Shown piece by piece: positions 1-7,093 of a DNA stretch of 27,990 nt; the stretch's first letter is position 1; each line of letters opens with the position of its first letter. The notes under the pieces are model-generated. The model ran no database searches and was not told where the DNA came from. It saw nothing but the letters and a program-made list of their open reading frames with translations. Position numbers and translations under genes: made by a program. Origin of the DNA: a virus (taxonomy: Duplodnaviria; Caudoviricetes); the IMG/VR virus record IMGVR_UViG_3300020044_011667, positions 1 through 27,990 of that record; one strand, written 5' to 3'.

Positions 1-1
1 C

Positions 2-253
2 ATGAGCAATAGAATAAAACAAATAAGGTATAATTTAGGCATTACACAAGCAGCGCTTGCGAAAGCTATACGCACTACTGTGATGAGTGTCTCTCAGTGG
101 GAAAGAGGCATACGTCATATTTCGCCGGAATTTGCTATCAGACTTGCTCGATATGCAACTGCAAAGGGCCTACCGACTACGCTTGATGATATCTACGAAA
201 TGCCCAAAAAAAAGCCTGCTGTAAAAAAAGCTTATCAAAAAACGATAGATTAG
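2..253 (+). CDS. Cro-like XRE-family HTH transcriptional regulator
   Basis: 83 aa; IKQIRYNLGITQAALAKAI..TVMSVSQWERG is a typical HTH_3 pattern; first gene of the rightward early operon. Confidence 0.85.
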   Translation: MSNRIKQIRYNLGITQAALAKAIRTTVMSVSQWERGIRHISPEFAIRLARYATAKGLPTTLDDIYEMPKKKPAVKKAYQKTID

Positions 254-286
254 TGAGCATAGGATATGTGTGGCTCGCGTTTTTTT
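253..286 (+). terminator. possible intrinsic terminator after cro
   Basis: GTGAGC(253-258)/GCTCGC(273-278) stem followed by T7 (280-286). Confidence 0.35.
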
Positions 287-310
287 GATGCATAATTATA
301 GGATGAACAC

Positions 311-634
311 ATGAAAAAATACATTATATTAGCAATGTCCCTGCCCTTATTATTAAGCGGGTGCTTATCATACGAAGAGCTGGAGGCCAGGAAACAGCAA
401 CATTGCGCTAGCATGGGAGCCCCAATTGGGTCTCATAATTATTATAACTGCCGGCAATCACTAGAGGCGCGCCTCGAAAGAGAGTATCAAGCGGCTGTGC
501 AAAGAGCGGCAGAAAGTTGGGCTCCTCGACCTACTCCACGTGAGCCCATCACCATCCCTCCTGCCTATGGCTCTAAGAACATAAGGTGCCGCTCTTATGC
601 AATGGGAGACTCGATTAACACAGATTGCAATTAA
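311..634 (+). CDS. predicted lipoprotein
   Basis: MKK + hydrophobic stretch + lipobox LSG|C; Cys pair in HCASMG..IGS.NYYNC; Pro-rich linker; AGGA upstream. Confidence 0.8.
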   Translation: MKKYIILAMSLPLLLSGCLSYEELEARKQQHCASMGAPIGSHNYYNCRQSLEARLEREYQAAVQRAAESWAPRPTPREPITIPPAYGSKNIRCRSYAMGDSINTDCN

Positions 635-738
635 GTAGTAAAAAATTATTAAAACGATATGTAGTGAGGTAAAAATTAAAGGTTTATAAAGCTCTAAACG
701 TGCCTTAAAATCTTAAAATTGACGACAAATAGACATCG

Positions 739-751
739 TAACCTATTGATT
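739..751 (-). promoter_or_regulatory. IHF-binding consensus site
   Basis: Reverse strand reads AATCAATAGGTTA, an exact match to WATCAANNNNTTR; lies in the AT-rich intergenic region just upstream of palindrome 1. Confidence 0.4.
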
Positions 752-774
752 TATAACGGGAATAATGCCTGCAT

Positions 775-794
775 CCGGTAATAGGGGTTACCGG
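775..794. promoter_or_regulatory. palindromic protein-binding site 1 (CCGGTAA-N6-TTACCGG)
   Basis: CCGGTAA TAGGGG TTACCGG, perfect 7-bp arms; motif recurs at 851-870 and 7069-7088. Confidence 0.65.
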
Positions 795-850
795 CAATTG
801 TATGTGTTATTCAAATGAAATAAGCTGATTTTAATGGAAAATTAACATTT

Positions 851-870
851 CCGGTAATCAGCGTTACGGG
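851..870. promoter_or_regulatory. palindromic protein-binding site 2
   Basis: CCGGTAA TCAGCG TTACGGG, one mismatch to site 1 arms, same 6-bp spacing. Confidence 0.6.
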
Positions 871-989
871 GAGTATACAAGTAAATTGTTGTAAATAAAA
901 TAAATGGCTCAATCAAAAAACAGAGAGCATCGCAGGAGCGAAAAAAGGGGGGTTATTATTAGCTAAAGCTTTGATGAGGGGTATTTGTT

Positions 990-2201
990 ATGAGTGAAGA
1001 CAAAGTAAAAGGGCAATCGGTATACCTAAATGGTGATGAAAATGCGGCTTTAAAGCAGGTGAGGAAAACCCCCCATGCTTACACCGTTTACTTGACAGCT
1101 AAGCAGGATACGGACGATTGGCGCGAAGGAAAATGGGATACGTACGTCACTAGCATAGCTACGTTGACTGGACTTGACAGAAACACTGTCAGAAGAGCCT
1201 TGAAGAAGCTAGAGGATATCGGATTGATTCGAAAAGTTCAAAAAGGAAAAAGGGGGAGGGAGGGAGTCACTTTATTTTTTTTGCTATCTGACGTTTGCTC
1301 AAAAGAAGCCAACCGGTTAACGACCGGTAAAACGACCGCCGGATCGACCAGCGGATCGACCGGTAACGAAAGCTTCGAAAATACCGATTTATCAATGATT
1401 ATTGGAGATTCTGTTAAGGTGCACGACCACTTAAATGGCCAGACATTAGAACAGGTCGAAATTGTTAATTCGACCGCATTAAAAATAAATAATATAAATA
1501 CAAATAAAAATATAAACGCGCGCGACTACTTTAGGGCAGAAGAAAAAGATCAAGAATCAAGAAACGTTTTGCTCATGACAGAGTACGAATTTTTTAACAA
1601 AAAAGCAGCGACTAAGAGCGCTGCGAGACGTTCGCCGGATGCGAATGTCGCAAACGAGATTATCGCAACAGATGCAGATTCGGCGGGTGCCAGCCCCGTG
1701 AATACATGCTCGGCGGGTGCCAGCCCCGTGAGCGCAAATCGCGCGGTAGGGGGGGCTTACGCGGACGTCGGCCACCCCACGGAATTAACGGAAACTGATA
1801 AAATTTTTGCGAAAGTTACTGAAATTCAGCAGTTTTTTATAAGCAAGCAAGACATACAGCAACATAACGTGCTCAATACTAAAATGCGTCTTGAGATTAA
1901 AAGATGGATTGAGCAGCTTGGCCTTACAGTTGCTGACGTTATCGATGCTGTTAAGGTCAGAGATGAGCAGGTTAATTTGCGTGCAAAAAGCGGCGGTGAA
2001 TTGCCTACGATCGTCTCGCCAAAATGGTATTGCGTAGCCATTGAGCAGTACGCCGATGCCAAAAAAAACCCACTTGTCAGCGGTAAGCTAGCAGGTGGGC
2101 AAGAGGATTTCAAAACGTCGCAAACGAAAAAACGAGGATATTATCATGCATCATCAGCAGCTAAAAAGCAACGACAAACAGGCGGATATACAGAGCGATA
2201 G
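990..2201 (+). CDS. phage replication initiator (N-terminal winged HTH)
   Basis: SIATLTGLDRNTVRRALKKLEDIGLIRK wHTH; internal repeats and KINNINTNKNIN linker typical of lambdoid O-like initiators; immediately upstream of DnaC-like gene; GAGGGG RBS. Confidence 0.8.
   Translation: MSEDKVKGQSVYLNGDENAALKQVRKTPHAYTVYLTAKQDTDDWREGKWDTYVTSIATLTGLDRNTVRRALKKLEDIGLIRKVQKGKRGREGVTLFFLLSDVCSKEANRLTTGKTTAGSTSGSTGNESFENTDLSMIIGDSVKVHDHLNGQTLEQVEIVNSTALKINNINTNKNINARDYFRAEEKDQESRNVLLMTEYEFFNKKAATKSAARRSPDANVANEIIATDADSAGASPVNTCSAGASPVSANRAVGGAYADVGHPTELTETDKIFAKVTEIQQFFISKQDIQQHNVLNTKMRLEIKRWIEQLGLTVADVIDAVKVRDEQVNLRAKSGGELPTIVSPKWYCVAIEQYADAKKNPLVSGKLAGGQEDFKTSQTKKRGYYHASSAAKKQRQTGGYTER
1310..1516 (+). 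repeat. putative replication origin: 12-bp iterons plus A-rich tract inside the initiator gene
   Basis: CGACC at 1321, 1333, 1345 and 1357 (12-bp period); GGTCGAA/TTCGACC inverted pair at 1454-1475; A/T-rich tract at about 1479-1516. Confidence 0.6.
1680..1731 (+). repeat. 22-bp GC-rich direct repeat, 2 copies, 30-bp period
   Basis: TCGGCGGGTGCCAGCCCCGTGA at 1680-1701 and 1710-1731, encoding SAGASPV twice. Confidence 0.9.
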
Positions 2202-2868
2202 CAGCGGCACTATCGTCACATACGATTTGCAATCGTGGCAGGCGGAAGCAGCTTTCAAGGCTCAAGAGGAGTTGCGGAAAAATTTGATTGAGTCCCAGCT
2301 TGAGCAATTGCCACAACGCTACAAATCAGCGAGCTTTGATAATTACGAGATATTAATTGATAAGCAAAAGATAGCGCTTAATCGTGCGCGTAAATTTGCA
2401 GATAGTTTGTTAAACAAACAAAACGTCTCGGGCATATTTTGCGGCACACCGGGCACAGGCAAGACGCACTTGAGTGTTGCGGTATTTCGGAATTTCGTGC
2501 AAGCGGGTAAGCGTGCGCGATGGATGCCGATTTACAAGGTGATTGATGAAATCCGCACAGCATACAAGCCGTGGTGCACGGACACAAAATCATCAATCAT
2601 CGATAGGCTTGCAAAGCTAGACCTGTTGATTATTGACGATGTGGGCAAAACAACAGCCGGCGAAGCTGAGCAGACAGAGTTATTTGAGTTGTTTAATGAG
2701 CGATACAACGCAGAAAAACCGACGTTAATCACGACAAATTTAAACGATGCGGGCATTTGCGACTATCTCGGGGAGACAGTACACAGCAGGCTTTTAGATA
2801 ACAACGGCATTACAATAGTTTGCGACTGGGATGACTATCGAGCGAGCACGCGCACTCTAAGTAAGTAG
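2146..2868 (+). CDS. DnaC/IstB-like AAA+ ATPase (helicase loader)
   Basis: LPQRYKSASFDNY, Walker A GTPGTGKT, Walker B LLIIDDVG, RY..KPTLITTNL and SRL motifs; start moved to ATG 2146 behind GAGGA (track start 2095). Confidence 0.9.
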   Translation: MHHQQLKSNDKQADIQSDSSGTIVTYDLQSWQAEAAFKAQEELRKNLIESQLEQLPQRYKSASFDNYEILIDKQKIALNRARKFADSLLNKQNVSGIFCGTPGTGKTHLSVAVFRNFVQAGKRARWMPIYKVIDEIRTAYKPWCTDTKSSIIDRLAKLDLLIIDDVGKTTAGEAEQTELFELFNERYNAEKPTLITTNLNDAGICDYLGETVHSRLLDNNGITIVCDWDDYRASTRTLSK

Positions 2869-2896
2869 TAATAGATAAATTTAAAGTGAGAAAATT

Positions 2897-3175
2897 ATGA
2901 GTAAAGAATCAGCGGGGAATGTTTCGATTGAAGAGGTCGGAAGCGATACTGTATCTATCACTAATATGTTAGTAAAAAAAGGCTTTCAGCATTTTGTGAA
3001 TGTTTTGATTAATGCGATGGGGATAATATTGATATGTCATAGCGTAGAGATAGAAGATTTAGACGAAATTACGGAAGAAGTATTTAGCTCGATAAAAGAA
3101 ATCGCAAAGAAAAACATTGAAAAAATTGAGTCTTTAAAAAAAATGGGTTTTAATGTCCCAGAGTCGGTGCATTGA
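2897..3175 (+). CDS. hypothetical phage protein
   Basis: 92 aa, co-directional in the early operon. Confidence 0.6.
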   Translation: MSKESAGNVSIEEVGSDTVSITNMLVKKGFQHFVNVLINAMGIILICHSVEIEDLDEITEEVFSSIKEIAKKNIEKIESLKKMGFNVPESVH

Positions 3176-3324
3176 TGAGTTTTACGATTGATTTTTTTAT
3201 TGTGCAAACAGTACTATTTTTTTGCTACTAATATTGATTGTTTTCGTTGTGCTGCATTATCAAAAAAAGGCTATATGAAGTGCTTGAGATATTGGTTGAG
3301 AATGAAGTTAACGAGGTTGAGTAA
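3175..3324 (+). pseudogene. possible degenerate small membrane-peptide gene
   Basis: Frame opens with a TGATG overlap at 3175 and closes with a TAATG overlap at 3324, but has internal TAA and TGA next to a T7 run. Confidence 0.3.
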
Positions 3325-3536
3325 TGAATAAATTATTGCCGTGCCCGTTTTGCGGAGGCGTGAACATTGAGCATAATTACATTATGGAGATGAGGATGTC
3401 ATGCACGCTATGTAAAGCGCAAGGACCGACTGCATCGTCTCATGATAAAGCCGAAAAAGCCTGGGACACTCGCACGGCTAAAGTCGGCGTATGGGAATGC
3501 GTGTATGTCCCGAAGATCGAAAAGGGGAGATTATAA
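3324..3536 (+). CDS. Lar-family restriction alleviation-like zinc-binding protein
   Basis: LLPCPFCGG ... CTLCKAQGP ... AEKAWDTR pattern; GAGG RBS. Confidence 0.8.
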   Translation: MNKLLPCPFCGGVNIEHNYIMEMRMSCTLCKAQGPTASSHDKAEKAWDTRTAKVGVWECVYVPKIEKGRL

Positions 3537-3643
3537 TTGGAATTCAGGATGACGTTGAACTTAAAGCGGAGATTGTCCTACAAAAAGACAATGCAATTAT
3601 TTTTGCTAGGGCAATTTTGGCAATGTACGGCATTTCAAAATGA
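3491..3643 (+). CDS. small hypothetical protein (50 aa, not in ORF track)
   Basis: MGMRVCPEDRKGEIIIGIQDDVELKAEIVLQKDNAIIFARAILAMYGISK; fills the gap after lar but overlaps it by 46 nt. Confidence 0.3.
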   Translation: MGMRVCPEDRKGEIIIGIQDDVELKAEIVLQKDNAIIFARAILAMYGISK

Positions 3644-3732
3644 AAGGCTTAAGCAAAGGGCTCAATCCAGCATCTCTGCCTTAAAACACTTTTTGCAACA
3701 TATTCCAAAAGCCTAATTTATGGGAGAATTAA

Positions 3733-4056
3733 ATGATTAAATGTTTTCTTTTGGATGAGGAAGCGGACGCTCTAATTAAATATTGGGAATGAAAGTTAGA
3801 GGAAGAACGTATGCTGAAAAAAGAGCTGGGAAGCGGTTATTATCCCAAATACTGTCCCGATGAGATTGACCGGCACAAGTCAAAAATAGAAAGCTTTCGA
3901 CAGTTAAAACTAGAGTCAAAAATAATTATTGACTCTTTCGCTCTGAATGAAGAGAAAAAAAGCCTCAAAGGTTTTTTCAAATCTCGACACAACATGGAGC
4001 AATTGATTCAGATTGAAATAGAGCTCGACAAAATCAAAGCGAAGTATAATGCCTAA
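3733..4056 (+). pseudogene. hypothetical protein interrupted by one in-frame TGA (or an 81-aa gene from 3811)
   Basis: GGGAG RBS + ATG 3733 is in frame with ORF 3811-4056; single TGA at 3790-3792. Confidence 0.45.
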
Positions 4057-4414
4057 GCGTTCTTTTTCTCCATCCGAGCGCCAATCTCAAATCGCCGTCG
4101 TGCAATATCTTCGGGTGAGATATCCGGATGTTCTGTTTTGGGCAACGCCGAACGGTGGCAGCCGTAACGCGATAGAGGCCGCTAACCTCAAGAAAGAGGG
4201 CGTTAGAGCGGGAGTTCCGGATTTGTTTATAGCGAAACCTGGCGATAGATTTGCTCCATATCATGGTTTATTCATTGAGATGAAAGCGAAAAATGGCAGA
4301 TTGTCCTTTGCTCAAAATGGAGTTATAGAAAAGCTTAGATTTGAGATGTACAAAGTCGAGGTCTGCTATAGTGTCGACCAAGCAATAAAGGTGATTGATG
4401 AGTATCTTAATTAA
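4049..4414 (+). CDS. VRR-NUC domain nuclease (probable Holliday junction resolvase)
   Basis: E..SQ, ATPNGG.R, GVRAGVPDL, FIEMKA..GRLS..Q motifs. Confidence 0.9.
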   Translation: MPKRSFSPSERQSQIAVVQYLRVRYPDVLFWATPNGGSRNAIEAANLKKEGVRAGVPDLFIAKPGDRFAPYHGLFIEMKAKNGRLSFAQNGVIEKLRFEMYKVEVCYSVDQAIKVIDEYLN

Positions 4415-4425
4415 AAGGGTGAATA

Positions 4426-4893
4426 ATGTCTAAAGGTGTAAACAAAGTAATTCTATTGGGTAATTTGGGGCAAGACCCAGATATGCGCAACATGCAAAAT
4501 GGGGTCGCAGTAGCTACCATTAGCGTTGCCACACAGGAAAAATGGAAGGATGCTAAAACCGGTGAACAGAAGGAGAAAACAGAATGGCATCGCGTCGTAC
4601 TCTTTAATCGTTTAGCGGAAATATGCCGACAGTACCTTAAGAAGGGCTCCAAAGTCTATCTAGAGGGCAAGCTCGAAACGAAAAAGTGGACAGATAAAGC
4701 AGGCATAGAGCGTTACACAACTCAGATAGTGTGCAGTGAAATGCAGATGTTGGGTAACAGTCGCGGCACGGGAGCGTCGCCAGAACAGCCAGACGTGGGC
4801 GGATATGAAGAAGACGCTAAGCGGTATGCGGCGGCGAGTGGAGGCGGAGTGCATGCGGCTCCCGAATATAATGCTGATGATATTCCGTTTTGA
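4426..4893 (+). CDS. ssb: single-stranded DNA-binding protein
   Basis: [37 protein letters not shown]; C-terminal DDIPF. Confidence 0.97.
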   Translation: MSKGVNKVILLGNLGQDPDMRNMQNGVAVATISVATQEKWKDAKTGEQKEKTEWHRVVLFNRLAEICRQYLKKGSKVYLEGKLETKKWTDKAGIERYTTQIVCSEMQMLGNSRGTGASPEQPDVGGYEEDAKRYAAASGGGVHAAPEYNADDIPF

Positions 4894-4902
4894 TGTGTCG
4901 GC

Positions 4903-4966
4903 AATACCATAGTACTATAATATTATTATATTATAGTACTATGGAGTTATAGCAGTATAATATCTA
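4903..4966. repeat. array of 7-8 phased degenerate octamers (putative partition centromere), containing a 17-bp-arm inverted repeat
   Basis: aataccat agtactat aatattat tatattat agtactat ggagttat agcagtat aatatcta; IR arms at 4907-4923 and 4928-4944. Confidence 0.7.
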
Positions 4967-5257
4967 GCTGTCTTTCTCAATTAGAAGCTTCTTGTTTAAA
5001 GCGTTATTTAAATAGACTTCTATTGCTTCAAGCAGGAGGCTATTTAGGCTCTTGCTTGTCATAAAAGACAGAGTTTTAAGTGATTCCCACTGCTTTTCCT
5101 TAAGTCTAATCGTTGTTATTCGAATAGGTTCGCGCCCTTTAATAAAGGCTTTTGCTCGAAAATCTTCTTTTGTGCTTCCCACGTTTAGATTCCCGGGCTC
5201 ACTGCTTAATCTATCGCTTGAGATTGCAGGGATTCTGCTTTTTGTTTTACTGACCAC
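4964..5257 (-). CDS. ParG-like ribbon-helix-helix centromere-binding protein (97 aa)
   Basis: GTG start at 5257 behind GAGGTG, overlapping the parA stop; low-structure N-terminus, then IRITTIRL strand and two helices (EKQWESLKTLS, SLNSLLLEAIEVYL). Confidence 0.75.
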   Translation of the reverse strand: MVSKTKSRIPAISSDRLSSEPGNLNVGSTKEDFRAKAFIKGREPIRITTIRLKEKQWESLKTLSFMTSKSLNSLLLEAIEVYLNNALNKKLLIEKDS

Positions 5258-5924
5258 AAAACACCTCTCTGTATACTGCTGTAAATTCATCAATTGCCCT
5301 CTGATCTACGGGTTTATGCTCTACGATAGACATTCCGTTTGCGGATGCGGTACGTATAGGCTTGCGCTGATAGATGATGCTCTTTAATCGGATCAGGTTC
5401 TCGTAGTCGGTTAAAAAATCATCACACTCGGCTATCTCTTGTCTCGCCGCTTGTGGTTGTGTGCTTACTTTGCTTAATAATATGTAGCCACGCAGATCAC
5501 TGTCTTTGCTCTGAGCTTCTGACACTAGTTTACTTGCGTTTGAAAATGTCCACATATCGAACTCAGACGGAGTAACCGGAAAAATAACAATATCTGATAA
5601 AGTGATAGCTGCTCTCAAAACTTCATTGTCGGCCCCACCCGCATCTATAATAATGTCACTATATCTTGGCAGTAATGCCTTTATTTCATTGCGTATAACT
5701 ATGCCAGGGCTCAATATCTTTTTGTCTAATATTTTTTGATTGCTTTGTATGCGTGGCTCGATTTCATTTTGATCGCGTCTCGACAAGCAAAGTGTAGATG
5801 TGCTTTGTGGGTCGATGTCGAACAACAAGATATCCCGCTTTTCCAACGCTCGCATAATAGCGAAGTTTACAGCGACAGTAGTTTTACCTGTGCCGCCTTT
5901 TTGCCCCCCAATCGTGATTAACAT
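5247..5924 (-). CDS. parA: ParA/ParF-family partition ATPase (short, type Ib)
   Basis: Deviant Walker A KGGTGKTT, DIDPQ, IIIDAGG, PVTPSEFD; 225 aa with no N-terminal HTH. Confidence 0.93.
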   Translation of the reverse strand: MLITIGGQKGGTGKTTVAVNFAIMRALEKRDILLFDIDPQSTSTLCLSRRDQNEIEPRIQSNQKILDKKILSPGIVIRNEIKALLPRYSDIIIDAGGADNEVLRAAITLSDIVIFPVTPSEFDMWTFSNASKLVSEAQSKDSDLRGYILLSKVSTQPQAARQEIAECDDFLTDYENLIRLKSIIYQRKPIRTASANGMSIVEHKPVDQRAIDEFTAVYREVFCGQ

Positions 5925-5937
5925 AGTGAACCTCTAA

Positions 5938-6033
5938 TATGTTGTTATGTTATAGTATCATGCTATCATAGTATAATATCGTTATGCTACTATAATGTCA
6001 TGACAGCATGCTATAATAGTACCATAATACTAG
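5938..6033. repeat. array of 12 phased degenerate octamers upstream of parA (putative operator/centromere)
   Basis: tatgttgt tatgttat agtatcat gctatcat agtataat atcgttat gctactat aatgtcat gacagcat gctataat agtaccat aatactag. Confidence 0.75.
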
Positions 6034-6050
6034 TAGAGGGGAGGGGGGGG

Positions 6051-6221
6051 ATGTTAAAAAGCATGATTAAATTCCTTGAAAAAATATTCGGCTGTTTTCA
6101 CTCGTGGAATAAGTGGGAGCTTAAAAATCTAATCTACCATCATGGAGCCGAAGAAGGGAAAAGATTCATTAATATGCGCAATTGCGAAAAATGCGGTCTT
6201 TATAAGATTAAAAATTTATGA
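6051..6221 (+). CDS. small Cys/His (zinc-ribbon-like) phage protein
   Basis: IFGCFHSW...RNCEKCG; start at ATG 6051 after a G-rich SD (track start 6000 lies inside the repeat array). Confidence 0.6.
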   Translation: MLKSMIKFLEKIFGCFHSWNKWELKNLIYHHGAEEGKRFINMRNCEKCGLYKIKNL

Positions 6222-6334
6222 ATCTCGAAAACTACACTACACCAAAATTATGTAGTCAAAATCCCGAAGCCGACGCCCGCGCCGAATTTTTGATTTATTT
6301 GTTGGAGATGAAGAAATATAATGCCACTATTTAG
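6218..6334 (+). CDS. possible 38-aa peptide
   Basis: ATGA overlap with the upstream stop; MNLENYTTPKLCSQNPEADARAEFLIYLLEMKKYNATI; ends inside the endolysin 5' end. Confidence 0.3.
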   Translation: MNLENYTTPKLCSQNPEADARAEFLIYLLEMKKYNATI

Positions 6335-6713
6335 TAAGTCCTCAATGCTCCGTCTTTTGACGTGTCACAAAGACCTTCAAACGTTATTTAACGAGGTTAT
6401 TAAAACTTATGATTGTACAATTACCTGTGGGGTTCGAAATCGAGCAGACCAGGAAAAAGCGTTTGCGCAAGGGAATAGCAAGGTGCATTTTCCTAACAGC
6501 AAACATAATACTAGCCCTAGTCGCGCTATCGATGTTGTTCCGTATCCTGTTGATTGGGACGACATAGAAAGATTTAAAGAAATGGCGGTAGTCGTAAAAG
6601 ATGCAGCTAAGAGGCTAAAATCCGAAGGAAAAATTACTCACGATATCGAGTGGGGCGGAGACTGGAAGACGTTTAAAGATTATCCCCATTGGCAGATAAA
6701 AGAGGTGAAATGA
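6321..6713 (+). CDS. endolysin, M15-family L-Ala-D-Glu peptidase (T5-like)
   Basis: G.R...DQ, SKH....RAID, IEWGGDW..F.DYPHWQ zinc-peptidase motifs. Confidence 0.92.
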   Translation: MPLFSKSSMLRLLTCHKDLQTLFNEVIKTYDCTITCGVRNRADQEKAFAQGNSKVHFPNSKHNTSPSRAIDVVPYPVDWDDIERFKEMAVVVKDAAKRLKSEGKITHDIEWGGDWKTFKDYPHWQIKEVK

Positions 6714-6714
6714 T

Positions 6715-7014
6715 ATGTCGATAAAACTAAGTGAGCGGATTCTTCAAATATTATTAGAGTCCATGCCACCGCAAGCTAATGATTTATGAAATTCCGCTCC
6801 AGTCTATAAGTCATTAGCAAAATGCATTATGGGATACCTCGATGAAGAATGGGAAAAAAAAGATCGAATTAAGAGAGTAAAGATGCATACATTGGACTTT
6901 ATTGACGGAACAATTTCTGTTAATGAAGCCAGAAGATTAGCTATTAGCTACGTGTACGGGGCTTCGAAAGAAGCATTTAGCCGGGCAAATGAAGAATTTT
7001 CGACAATAATCTGA
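6715..7014 (+). pseudogene. hypothetical protein interrupted by one in-frame TGA
   Basis: GAGGTG RBS + ATG 6715 is in frame with ORF 6829-7014; single TGA at 6787-6789; no evident SD at 6829. Confidence 0.5.
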
Positions 7015-7020
7015 GCTAAG

Positions 7021-7050
7021 TTGTCAATCATGGGACTAATGGTTTATATT
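7021..7050 (+). promoter_or_regulatory. candidate sigma70 promoter
   Basis: TTGTCA-18 nt-TATATT in the intergenic region, just upstream of palindrome 3. Confidence 0.4.
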
Positions 7051-7063
7051 AAACCTATTAACA

Positions 7064-7093
7064 AATTGCCGATAATAACAGTTACCGGCAATT
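7064..7093. promoter_or_regulatory. palindromic protein-binding site 3 (extended arms)
   Basis: AATTGCCGATAA TAACAG TTACCGGCAATT, 12-bp arms with one mismatch; right arm identical to that of site 1. Confidence 0.65.

Noticed and set aside
4907-4944. N15-like telomere resolution site (telRL)
   Set aside because: The centre is not palindromic, no protelomerase is in the window, and the octamer phasing shared with the parA upstream array explains it better.
6000-6050. N-terminal extension of the 6000-6221 ORF
   Set aside because: It runs through the octamer array, and a better SD precedes ATG 6051.
3733-7014. Genome-wide TGA recoding (code 4 or 25)
   Set aside because: ssb ends at the canonical DDIPF-TGA, and several genes use ATGA/TGATG stop-start overlaps (3175, 7381, 19668, 21963), so TGA is a normal stop.
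775-7093. Inversion or excision between the three palindromes
   Set aside because: The 6-bp spacers differ (TAGGGG, TCAGCG, TAACAG), and tyrosine recombinases normally need matching spacers between partner sites.
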